Assembly: GCA_024402405.1 (NCBI GenBank) | Contig: JAKSTW010000004.1 | Coordinates: 6,253-70,252 of the forward strand | Source of the DNA: Spirochaetia bacterium | Lineage (GTDB): Bacteria; Spirochaetota; Spirochaetia; CADAEX01 | Direction of reading: 5' to 3' | DNA: 64,000 bases | Shown here: positions 47,658 to 56,023 of the stretch, one piece after another | Layout: every line of letters begins with the position of its first letter | How positions within the stretch are numbered: position 1 is the first letter of the stretch | Notes under the pieces: model-generated | Seen by the model: the letters and a program-made list of their open reading frames with translations, nothing else | The model's database searches: none | Told to the model about the DNA's origin: nothing | Translations under genes and position numbers: made by a program

Positions 47658-48959
47658 CTATTCCTTATGAAAATTTCTGGCCGGAGGCATTCTTTTCTCA
47701 AGTTCTGCCATCTGACCAGCGACTTTTTTGATCTCGTCCCTTAGAATAAAGATACAGTCTGTTTTATGTGCTTTTCCGGTTACAATATCCTCTGCCAGTG
47801 AATGACAGTTAGGTGCCCCGCAGGAACCGCAGTCCAATCCCGGAAGCATGGAATCTATTTTCTCGATCTCATCCATCATCTGCAATGCCTCAGAAACATC
47901 CTCGCTGAGCTTGAGGATCGGACGTGAGTAGATCTCTTTTGTCCAGGAGATATCAAAACCAGGATTCAGATTGATATCTTCCTCATTATTTTTCAGTGGC
48001 ACCGAAGCAACCAGTCTTTTTACTCTGGATCTGGCTATGTAAGGATTCTCTACCGTGAGAGTACCACCCACACATCCTCCTGGACATGCCATGGCTTCTA
48101 TGAAATCTATATGATGGAAATCCTCATTTTCAATCTGCTCCAGCACTTTTATCACATGCTCTATGCCATCTACTGCTATGCTCTTTGGAGATCTGACAGC
48201 TTCACTCTCGCCGTCACTGTGGGCCCAGCGTATTCCGGTACCGGATGCTTTGGAAAGCTTTTCAGGCTTGTCGATTGTTTTGATCAGCCTGTGCATTGCC
48301 GGAAAAATATCTTTCTGTGCTATTACCCCATCAACTGCTGACTGCTCATTTCCCAGAGGAGATCTGACACTGGTGATCTTTGCAGGACATGGAGATATGA
48401 AAAACACACCTATATTCTTCTTATCCGGATAAAGTTGTTTTTTTACTATTCTGGCGGCGATTTCCATCGGAGTCTGAAGCTTTATGACGTGTTCAATAAG
48501 GCTTGGAAATCTTACCTGGATAAGTCTGACTACTGCAGGACATGAAGATGATATAAGAGGCCGAGGATAATTTCCCTTTTTTATAAGATCTGCTGTAGCC
48601 TGAGATGCTATCTCTGCCGCACTGGCAACTTCATATACATCATCAAAGCCGAGCTTTTTCAATGCTGTCAGGATCACGTCTGTCGGTGTGTTCTTGAATT
48701 GACCATATAGACTTGGAGCTGGAATTGCCACTTTGAAATCATAATTTCTGATTATGTCCAGTGGATCACTGACTGCTTTTTTTGCATGGGAAGGGCATTT
48801 TCTGATACATTCACCGCAGTCGATGCAACGTTCTGTAATGATCATGGCCTTTGCATCTCTTACTCTTATAGCCTCAGTAGGACATTTTGAAATGCAGTTT
48901 GTGCATCCTTTGCATAGTGTTTTATCCAAGGTAACAGAGTGAAAGTATTCTCTTGCCAT
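47658..48959 (-). CDS. [FeFe]-hydrogenase-like protein, non-canonical (putative sensory/regulatory class), with N-terminal 2[4Fe-4S] and C-terminal RnfB-like Cys motif
   Basis: CKGCTNCISKCP and CIDCGECIRKCP ferredoxin motifs. H-cluster-like motifs SSSCPAV (L1), SPCPAK (L2) and EAMACPGGCVGG (L3). C-terminal DCGSCGAPNCHSLAEDIV. Confidence 0.7.
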   Translation of the reverse strand: MAREYFHSVTLDKTLCKGCTNCISKCPTEAIRVRDAKAMIITERCIDCGECIRKCPSHAKKAVSDPLDIIRNYDFKVAIPAPSLYGQFKNTPTDVILTALKKLGFDDVYEVASAAEIASQATADLIKKGNYPRPLISSSCPAVVRLIQVRFPSLIEHVIKLQTPMEIAARIVKKQLYPDKKNIGVFFISPCPAKITSVRSPLGNEQSAVDGVIAQKDIFPAMHRLIKTIDKPEKLSKASGTGIRWAHSDGESEAVRSPKSIAVDGIEHVIKVLEQIENEDFHHIDFIEAMACPGGCVGGTLTVENPYIARSRVKRLVASVPLKNNEEDINLNPGFDISWTKEIYSRPILKLSEDVSEALQMMDEIEKIDSMLPGLDCGSCGAPNCHSLAEDIVTGKAHKTDCIFILRDEIKKVAGQMAELEKRMPPARNFHKE

Positions 48960-48963
48960 TATA

Positions 48964-49377
48964 TCATCCTAATTTTTCTATGATTTTTACTGTGGTTCCT
49001 TTTCCCGGAACAGAATTTATTTCCATCTCGTCTGAATTGCGTTTTATGTTTGGAAGTCCCATTCCCGCTCCGAATCCCATTTCTCTGATGGCATCAGTGG
49101 CTGTTGAATATCCTTCCTGCATGGCAAGTCCTATGTCTGCTATGCCGGGACCGTGATCGACCAGTATACATATTATGTTTTCTGGAGTGATGTCGATAGT
49201 TATATTACCGCCGCCGCCATGGATTACCATGTTGATCTCAGCCTCATATAATGCTATGACTGTTTTTTTTATTATAGAGTTGTCGACCCCAATCTGCTGG
49301 AGCTTTTTCTTTAATGTGCTGGAGGCGATGCCAGCCAGATCCATGTCATTTCCAGGTATGGAAAAATTCAACTGCAT
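48964..49377 (-). CDS. GHKL-family ATPase / RsbW-SpoIIAB-like anti-sigma-factor serine kinase
   Basis: 137 aa. N-box EAEINMVIHG, G1 DHGPGI, G2 GFGAGMGL. 4 nt from both neighbours. Confidence 0.7.
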   Translation of the reverse strand: MQLNFSIPGNDMDLAGIASSTLKKKLQQIGVDNSIIKKTVIALYEAEINMVIHGGGGNITIDITPENIICILVDHGPGIADIGLAMQEGYSTATDAIREMGFGAGMGLPNIKRNSDEMEINSVPGKGTTVKIIEKLG

Positions 49378-49381
49378 AAAA

Positions 49382-50566
49382 TCACCATCTAAAATTCATA
49401 ACTGGCGGATATGCTTTCTTTACAGATAAGAACAGAAAAAATCCGCCTGCGGCCCCAACTGCGTTCTGCAGTATATTCATCGGAATTTCTGAAATTGCGG
49501 CTCCTGGTCCCACGATGAAATATCCTGTAAAAAAATATCCTGCTACCATTATAACAGCTCCTGCAAAGAAAACAAGAAATTTTGATAAAAATAGTGAAAT
49601 TTTATTCATGTTCCTGTTGAAGATATTGAATGTGAACCCGATTGCAAATCCCTGCAGTCCATGTATCAGCAGTGAGAATAATGCCCACTGGGAATATCCG
49701 CTGAGTATGTCTGCGATTGCTGTCCCTAATCCTCCTGCTATAAAACCGGCGGCAGGACCGAATGTGATGGCTGAGAAAAATATTGCCATATCACCGAAAT
49801 TCAGGTATCCCCTTGTGGGTCCTATTGGAATTCGTATGAGTATGGTCATGACCACGACTATTGCTGTGAGTATGGCAGAAGCTGCGATTCTGAACGAAAA
49901 GGTCTTCATTGCTGCATTGCCTGTTTTTCTTCCGGTCTGATTTCTGATGCCTCGTGTCTCCAGTGCCATTGCCAGAGTCGGAATATTTTTTATTGCCTGT
50001 ATCAGTACTGAGGCCAGGATCGGAAGGGTGCTTCTGAACCTGCCGATGAAATTCCATCTGCCTGGATCAGCGCAGCCCTCTGTCTTTCTCATTTTATGTG
50101 CATTTTCTGTATTTCTGTATATCCTGATAAGGTAGGGAATATATCTGGATGCAATCGATATTGTAAGTGCAAATTTGAACGGTAGGCCGAAAAAACGTAA
50201 TGTCTGGATGAAGACATCCTGCGATGTTGTTCTGAAATAAAGATAAAAGAGGGCAGTGATCCCGAAAAACCGTATTATGATCCTTGATGTCTCATACAGA
50301 CCTGTCTGTGTCAGCCATATGAAATTACCGGTCTGTATTACCGGTGTTCCGCTGCGGAAAAAAAGCGGGGTAAGGACAGCTGTCAGAATCACCAGTGGAA
50401 GTATTGCTCTGAATATCTTCAGGAAATCTTTCCAGCCGCATATGCTGATGCCTGCCGGTAACAGAGGCAGAAACAGCAGCAGATAGTGAAGCGGGGAAAA
50501 AAAAAAAAAAAAAAGAACAGAGTACAATATGAGAAAAATAAATTTAAGTCTCGGATCTGTTCTCAA
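49382..50566 (-). CDS. ECF transporter transmembrane protein: EcfT(CbiQ)-like N-terminal part fused in-frame to an S-component-like C-terminal part
   Basis: N-terminal about 225 aa has EcfT features (ASRYIP..., ALETRGI). C-terminal about 170 aa is a 5-6-TM S-component-like module (MKTFSFRIAASAILTAIVVV...). Apparent TTG start. Contains an 18-nt T-run at 50497-50514. Confidence 0.55.
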   Translation of the reverse strand: MRTDPRLKFIFLILYSVLFFFFFSPLHYLLLFLPLLPAGISICGWKDFLKIFRAILPLVILTAVLTPLFFRSGTPVIQTGNFIWLTQTGLYETSRIIIRFFGITALFYLYFRTTSQDVFIQTLRFFGLPFKFALTISIASRYIPYLIRIYRNTENAHKMRKTEGCADPGRWNFIGRFRSTLPILASVLIQAIKNIPTLAMALETRGIRNQTGRKTGNAAMKTFSFRIAASAILTAIVVVMTILIRIPIGPTRGYLNFGDMAIFFSAITFGPAAGFIAGGLGTAIADILSGYSQWALFSLLIHGLQGFAIGFTFNIFNRNMNKISLFLSKFLVFFAGAVIMVAGYFFTGYFIVGPGAAISEIPMNILQNAVGAAGGFFLFLSVKKAYPPVMNFRW

Positions 50567-52047
50567 AGGATCTCTCCTGGCAGAAAAGAATAATTTAATA
50601 TATTTTCCAGTTTGTCACCCGGTTCCTCAAATTTACCGTTGTTCATGAAATATATGGAATCTGCATTGGATACAGCCAGTTTGAAGTCATGTGTTATTAT
50701 CATGATGGCCGGATCTTTGTCGGAATTTCTGAACTGCCTGATGATGTTTGTGTATTCTGTAAAGGAAATCCCTGAATCTGCCTCATCTATGATTATTATA
50801 TCTTTGTTCAGCAAGTAATAGATCGCTGCCTGCAGTTTCTTCTTCTGACCATAACTCATAAGTACCGGTGATGCGGTCACAGATTCTATGCCGAAAATTT
50901 TTACAGCATCGGATATCTGTTCCGGATCAGTGCTTTTATTTCTGAGCTTCAGGCCATATTCCAGTTCCTCCTGTACAGTGGGAAGAAAAAGCTGGTAATC
51001 CGGATTCTGGAAGAGATATGATACATTTCTGTTCAGTTTGCCCGGATCTGTTTCTTTTCCCATAAAGCTTATTTTGCCTGCTGATGGGATCAGAAGTCCT
51101 GCTATGAGTTTTGATAATGTGGATTTTCCGCATCCGTTGGTACCTATTACCGCAGTAGTTTTTCCTCTGTGCAGAGAAAAATCCTCTATTTCAATGCTGA
51201 ATTTGGAATCTGGATAGGCGAATTTTATATTCTGAAGTCTGATGACAGGATCGCATTCCGGTTTCTTCAGGAATTTATCTCGCAATACCGATATCTCAGG
51301 CATGTGAAGATTTATGAACAGTCCAAGTTCCGATGCTCTTTCATATAGTTTATTGTCAGCCGGCTGAAAATGTTCTATGGTGCCGTGGCTGAATATAAAA
51401 AAATCAGAGGCAAATTCCCTATATATATCCAGCATTTTAGATGTCAGTATAAGAACAGTTTTTCCTGAGCTTTTAAGTGTCTCCAGAATTTCTTTTCTGG
51501 CATAAATATCTATTTCTTCCAGTGTCTCATCCAGTATCCACAGCTGAGGATCCACTGCATGCAATACGGCCAGCATAAGTCGGCGTTTCTGTCCGCCTGA
51601 AAGGCTGCTTGGAACCTGTTCCCTGAGTTCTTCTATATGCATCTTCGATAATGCATTCTGTACTTTCGTGCTGATTTCTTCTGGCGGGAGTTCCATATTC
51701 TCCAGCGGAAAACTGATTTCTTTTTCTGCAGTAGAGCATATTATCTGTTCATCCGGATTCTGAAATACGATTCCGACTTTGTTCAGCATATCTGAGCTGT
51801 GTAATTCTGTGAGTTCTGCATCATCCAGTCTGATGCTGCCTGAGAGTGTGCCTCCGGTATATGACGGAACCAGGGATGTTATTATTCTGGATAATGTTGT
51901 TTTACCGCTTCCGGGAGGAGCCAGAAAAACAGACACAGTGCCTTTCTGCAGGGAAAAAGAGAGAGAATCAAACAGTAACGGGCTTTCCAGTCCCTGATAA
52001 GATGGATATCTGAATGACAGATTATTTACTGAAAAATATACCGGCAT
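50563..52047 (-). CDS. ECF/CbiO-type ABC ATPase, duplicated (A-A' fusion)
   Basis: Two ABC domains. Walker A APPGSGKTT and GTNGCGKST. Signatures LSGGQKRRL and MSYGQKKKL. Stop overlaps the next gene's start. Confidence 0.75.
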   Translation of the reverse strand: MPVYFSVNNLSFRYPSYQGLESPLLFDSLSFSLQKGTVSVFLAPPGSGKTTLSRIITSLVPSYTGGTLSGSIRLDDAELTELHSSDMLNKVGIVFQNPDEQIICSTAEKEISFPLENMELPPEEISTKVQNALSKMHIEELREQVPSSLSGGQKRRLMLAVLHAVDPQLWILDETLEEIDIYARKEILETLKSSGKTVLILTSKMLDIYREFASDFFIFSHGTIEHFQPADNKLYERASELGLFINLHMPEISVLRDKFLKKPECDPVIRLQNIKFAYPDSKFSIEIEDFSLHRGKTTAVIGTNGCGKSTLSKLIAGLLIPSAGKISFMGKETDPGKLNRNVSYLFQNPDYQLFLPTVQEELEYGLKLRNKSTDPEQISDAVKIFGIESVTASPVLMSYGQKKKLQAAIYYLLNKDIIIIDEADSGISFTEYTNIIRQFRNSDKDPAIMIITHDFKLAVSNADSIYFMNNGKFEEPGDKLENILNYSFLPGEIL

Positions 52048-52109
52048 GGTTCTCTGAAAGAAAAAAAGTCTCCCTGACGGGAGACTTCAAAATCATAAGA
52101 TTTTTATGA

Positions 52110-52283
52110 TCAGTCAGCAAGAATAGCATCTGCTGGGCATGCGTCCTTGCAAGTACCGCAAGAAATGCATTTTGCAGCGTCAATTGCTCTCTTTCCGTCT
52201 TTTTCGCTGATAGCTTCGTTTGGACATTCACCCTCACAAGCACCGCAGTTCAGACATTCATCTGCCTTAATTGAATAAGCCAT
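52110..52283 (-). CDS. 2[4Fe-4S] clostridial-type ferredoxin (57 aa; not in ORF track)
   Basis: Hand translation MAYSIKADECLNCGACEGECPNEAISEKDGKRAIDAAKCISCGTCKDACPADAILAD. Two Cx2Cx2Cx3CP motifs. GAGGAG RBS 7 nt upstream. Confidence 0.8.
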   Translation of the reverse strand: MAYSIKADECLNCGACEGECPNEAISEKDGKRAIDAAKCISCGTCKDACPADAILAD

Positions 52284-52313
52284 AACTGTCTCCTCATTAA
52301 TTTTGTTTTTACT

Positions 52314-52341
52314 ATTCTACACTATAGGTTATTTTTGTCAA
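52314..52341 (-). promoter_or_regulatory. sigma-70-like promoter (TTGACA-16-TAGAAT) for the ferredoxin-ECF-kinase-hydrogenase-like operon
   Basis: Minus-strand TTGACA (52336-41) and TAGAAT (52314-19), about 25 nt upstream of the ferredoxin ATG. Confidence 0.4.
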
Positions 52342-52482
52342 TCCAGTATCTTTATACCTAAAAAAACTGCTTCTGAAGTAAAAACTATACGGTATTTATA
52401 TTGAATTCAAGCTATAGAAAATAATGATCCCTATCAAATGAAGAATACCAATTTCAGAGTCATTGTGGTCATTTGTAAAGTG

Positions 52483-52512
52483 AAAAAAATTACCCGGGAC
52501 GGAATTCCCGGG
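52483..52512 (-). terminator. rho-independent terminator (minus-strand orientation)
   Basis: CCCGGGA-cggaat-TCCCGGG hairpin followed on the minus strand by TAATTTTTTT. Confidence 0.4.
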
Positions 52513-52545
52513 ATTTAACAAGATAAAATTGAAAACAGAACTTTA

Positions 52546-52632
52546 TTATTTCTTATGTCTGTTCTTTCTCAGTTGTTTCTTTCTTTTATGAGTTGCAATT
52601 TTATGTCTTTTCCGTTTTCTTCCGCAAGGCAC
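52546..52632 (-). CDS. candidate small ORF encoding a 28-aa highly basic peptide (VPCGRKRKRHKIATHKRKKQLRKNRHKK)
   Basis: GGAG 7 nt upstream of a GTG start. Ends about 30 nt before the minus-strand terminator at 52483-52512. Not in ORF track (<60 aa). Confidence 0.3.
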   Translation of the reverse strand: MPCGRKRKRHKIATHKRKKQLRKNRHKK

Positions 52633-52777
52633 AGCTAGACTCCTTTAAATGAAATTAAATGTATTATGATATTTGGAAAAGATTCCGTCAAGTCCTCTTA
52701 TCTCTAATAATTTTATTCTTTTTTTTTAATTTGGTATATAGTATAGTCTGAAAAAACTGAATTATTTTGGGGCTTGT

Positions 52778-53725
52778 ATGAATTTTCTTATAATTAATAC
52801 TGGCGGAACTATAGTTTCTTCTGATCACGGTGCCGGTTTATCTCCTTATTCTGATATATCTTATGGCATGATGAACTGTCCTGCGGCAGATCTGATGTCG
52901 GTGGACAGCACCAATATGGATCCGGATTTCTGGCTGAAGATCTCAGATAAGATACGCTCAGAATCATCATCTTATGACGGATTTCTCATACTGCATGGAA
53001 CTGACACCATGGCTTATACGGCATCGGCCATTTCTTTCATCCTCAGAGATGTGGAAAAACCTGTGGTTCTGACTGGTGCCAGTGTACCTCTGGGCACTTC
53101 TGGCGGCGACGGTGAAGGGAATATGTCCTGCAGCTTTTCAGTTCTGGAAAAGATGGTGGGTATGAATATTAATTCTGTCGTGGTCTGCTTTAGTGGAAAT
53201 ACTGTGCTTGGATGCCGTGCCTCAAAGAACAGTATGAAAGGAAATATCACTTTCGGTATGTCCGGAATTGCATTTCCAACAGACCGTGCCATGTATACAG
53301 AGTCTTTCAGACAGGGTTTTGACCGCAATATCCTTTCAGTGAAACTTTTTCCGGGATACAGAGCTGATTGGTTGGAAAAACAACTGGATATTCTGCCTGA
53401 TGTCCATGGACTTGTGATCGATACTTTCGGTGCCGGAGGCTTGCCATATAAGAGGGAGAATCTGCTGCCAGCTGTACGAAAGGCTGTATCCCGAAAAATT
53501 CCTGTGGTACTGACATCCCAGGTACCTGGACAGGCAGTTGATCTGAAACTGTATAATGTGGGTGTGCAGGCAATGGAAGCAGGAGCCATCAGCAGCTATG
53601 ACATGACATTTGAGACTGCGGTCACAAAGCTTATGTGGCTGTGTCATTCTTTCAGTTATGATGATATTATAAAATTATTTCATCATTCATTCTGCGGCGA
53701 GATTTCTGTCTGTGCAAGATCCTGA
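52778..53725 (+). CDS. ansA: L-asparaginase, type I (cytoplasmic)
   Basis: INTGGTIVS and HGTDTMAYTASA motifs. 315 aa. Confidence 0.8.
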   Translation: MNFLIINTGGTIVSSDHGAGLSPYSDISYGMMNCPAADLMSVDSTNMDPDFWLKISDKIRSESSSYDGFLILHGTDTMAYTASAISFILRDVEKPVVLTGASVPLGTSGGDGEGNMSCSFSVLEKMVGMNINSVVVCFSGNTVLGCRASKNSMKGNITFGMSGIAFPTDRAMYTESFRQGFDRNILSVKLFPGYRADWLEKQLDILPDVHGLVIDTFGAGGLPYKRENLLPAVRKAVSRKIPVVLTSQVPGQAVDLKLYNVGVQAMEAGAISSYDMTFETAVTKLMWLCHSFSYDDIIKLFHHSFCGEISVCARS

Positions 53726-53746
53726 TAAATATGATATGATTTAAGT

Positions 53747-54283
53747 ATGAGAATTATAGCTATATCAGGCAGTCCTAGAATGGACGGAACAACAAATGCG
53801 ATCATACAGAAACTTATGGAGAATGCTGCCGCAAAGGGACATTTCTGTGAGTTTTATATCCTCAACCGATTTGAGCTGCATGGCTGTCAGGCATGTCGTT
53901 ATTGCCGTACTGAGGGTGACAGGTGCGGAATTGATGATAAGATCTCACAGATCCTGGACAAGATTTATGATGCGGATATGCTGATCGTAGGCTCTCCTGT
54001 TTATATGGGAGATGTGACAGGACAGCTGAAAATTTTTATGGACAGGCTGTATTCCATGAAAGATTCATCAGGAAAACCGCGTCTTTCTGATAAAAAGGGC
54101 ATTCTGGTTTTCTCCCAGGGCGCTTCAGGGAAAGAATATTATAAGGATATGTTCAGCCGTGTGAAAAAGACTTTTGATGGGTACAACATAAAGATTCAGA
54201 ATATGATTGTGAATGATTCTGCTGACATCAGCCAGGACAGCGAGCTGCAGTCTGAGATAGAATCTGTATGTGCGGATCTGTAA
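53747..54283 (+). CDS. iron-sulfur flavoprotein / NADPH-dependent FMN reductase family
   Basis: Flavodoxin-like fold (MRIIAISGSPR) with compact Cys motif CQACRYCRTEGDRC typical of Isf proteins. Confidence 0.65.
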   Translation: MRIIAISGSPRMDGTTNAIIQKLMENAAAKGHFCEFYILNRFELHGCQACRYCRTEGDRCGIDDKISQILDKIYDADMLIVGSPVYMGDVTGQLKIFMDRLYSMKDSSGKPRLSDKKGILVFSQGASGKEYYKDMFSRVKKTFDGYNIKIQNMIVNDSADISQDSELQSEIESVCADL

Positions 54284-54729
54284 GAGCCTCCATTGACGCA
54301 TCCAGTATAATTTATCTTCTGAAGACCGGGGTATTGGGAACGGCAGCATCGGCAATTCATTTTTATGCATCGCCGCAGGTGATCGATGAAGTGGGATGGC
54401 CATCCCTGCCGGTGAGATCTGTGGTTCCCAAGGGTGATTTCAGTTCCAATGATGAATCTGTCCTGATACTGGCAGAGGAGCTTGGGGTTCCTGTTATTTC
54501 GGAAGATAAGAAGATCCTGCTGGCAGCCAGAGAACATGGTATTCCATTCTATAATGCTGCCATGGTGCTGAATTATCTGCTGAAAATTGAGAAAATAAAT
54601 ATTACACAGTATGATGAGTTTTTCAGTGAGCTTGTAAAAGTTGCACGATACAGCCGGGATGTCATAGAATATGCTGTCCGTGACAAAGAACAGATACTGC
54701 GGGAACTGGAAAGCCGGAAAGGTAAATAA
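54268..54729 (+). CDS. PIN-like domain protein (DUF3368-like), orphan
   Basis: N-terminal IDASSIIYLLKTG...SPQVIDEV pattern resembles PIN-like/DUF3368. Overlaps upstream gene by 16 nt. No cognate antitoxin nearby. Confidence 0.35.
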   Translation: MCGSVRASIDASSIIYLLKTGVLGTAASAIHFYASPQVIDEVGWPSLPVRSVVPKGDFSSNDESVLILAEELGVPVISEDKKILLAAREHGIPFYNAAMVLNYLLKIEKINITQYDEFFSELVKVARYSRDVIEYAVRDKEQILRELESRKGK

Positions 54730-54774
54730 AAAAGGGGAAGATAACTCTTCCCCCTGATTTTTCAGATGAAGTGA

Positions 54775-55305
54775 TCAGTGGCAGTGTCCGCAGTCGCATC
54801 CATCATCGTGGCAGTCATCACAGCCACAGTCGCATTCATATTCGATATCGCCTCTCTCGATTTCCTCAGGAGTTGCATCTCTGACGTCAAGGATTTTGAT
54901 GTCAAAATCCAGATCCAGGTCTGCATAAGGATGGTTTCCATCCAGTTTGACCTGTCCATCTTTTATCTCTACTACCTCGAATACGATTTCTTCCTCTGAG
55001 TCATCATCACTTGGCATGAGGATCTGCTGGCCGACTTCCGGCTTGTCCTCACCGAACTCCTCAATATGAAATGAGACCACCAGAGTGTCATCATATTCTC
55101 CGAATGCATCTTCCATCTTGATGAATGTCTTCACCGTATCTCCAGGTTCCTTGCCTTCCAGTGCTGCTTCCAGTGCAGGAAGAAAATTACCATAACCATG
55201 AAGGTAACAGCTGGTACCCTGTTCTTTTGTATCTTCCAGTATGTTGCCTTTGCCGTCTTTAAGAATGCAGTCAAAAGTGACGACCTTGTCTTTTTCTATT
55301 TTCAT
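54775..55305 (-). CDS. slyD: FKBP-type peptidyl-prolyl isomerase SlyD with Cys/His-rich metal-binding tail
   Basis: FKBP and IF domain, plus C-terminal tail CDCGCDDCHDDGCDCGHCH. Confidence 0.78.
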   Translation of the reverse strand: MKIEKDKVVTFDCILKDGKGNILEDTKEQGTSCYLHGYGNFLPALEAALEGKEPGDTVKTFIKMEDAFGEYDDTLVVSFHIEEFGEDKPEVGQQILMPSDDDSEEEIVFEVVEIKDGQVKLDGNHPYADLDLDFDIKILDVRDATPEEIERGDIEYECDCGCDDCHDDGCDCGHCH

Positions 55306-55385
55306 TGATTTCTCCTGTTTTGTCTCAGTTTGAAAAATTATACTTCATAATGCTGATATTTACCAGCATAAAATGCTTTATGGTC

Positions 55386-56021
55386 TCAGAATCCCAGTTC
55401 CTCACCTACCAGAAGCACTTTTATTCTTCCCGGCACTCTTGAAAATCTGGTTATCACTGTCTGGCAGCAGATGCAGCCTGTATTGAGACAGTGACCGCAT
55501 GAACCGGTCTGGGAGCATAATGTGTTCTGCTTCAGCCTTATGGCATTCACCGGTGCTGCCAGATTCTTCACTCTGTCCATAGCAGAATCTTCATCCTTCA
55601 CCACTTTGTTCATGCCTGCTACTATGATCACATTTTCAGGGCCATAGATAAGGGCTGCCACACGGTTGCCATTGCCGTCTATGTTCACAAGCTTTCCATC
55701 CATTGTTATGGCATTGGAGCTCATAAAATAATAATCAGCTGAAAGTGCCTGATGAAAGATTTCCTGCATCTGTCTGCGGTCTTTTGCTGTATCTCTGTCC
55801 AGAGCCTGGAATCTGCCGGATTTCAGAAAATCCAGTATACCTGTCTGATCCAGCGTCACTGAGCCGCCCCAGGATACGGTTGAGTTTTCAGGAATGTTTG
55901 CCTTGAGGTAATCAAGGACCTGAGCGGTGGTCTCAAAATAGTGAGCTTCCATCTGTCTTTTTTCCATCATCGGAATGATCTGTTCTGCGCATATTTTGTA
56001 ATATTCTGATTTTGCTGTCAT
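55386..56021 (-). CDS. LUD-domain (YkgG/LutC-like, DUF162) protein with C-terminal Cys cluster
   Basis: LUD-type sequence. C-terminus CSQTGSCGHCLNTGCICC. Confidence 0.5.
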   Translation of the reverse strand: MTAKSEYYKICAEQIIPMMEKRQMEAHYFETTAQVLDYLKANIPENSTVSWGGSVTLDQTGILDFLKSGRFQALDRDTAKDRRQMQEIFHQALSADYYFMSSNAITMDGKLVNIDGNGNRVAALIYGPENVIIVAGMNKVVKDEDSAMDRVKNLAAPVNAIRLKQNTLCSQTGSCGHCLNTGCICCQTVITRFSRVPGRIKVLLVGEELGF

Positions 56022-56023
56022 TT

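Noticed and set aside
52488-52516. CCCGGGACGGAATTCCCGGG palindrome as a cloning-vector or polylinker remnant (SmaI-EcoRI-SmaI sites)
   Set aside because: The surrounding sequence is native-looking AT-rich intergenic DNA with no vector features. It is interpreted as a GC-rich terminator hairpin.
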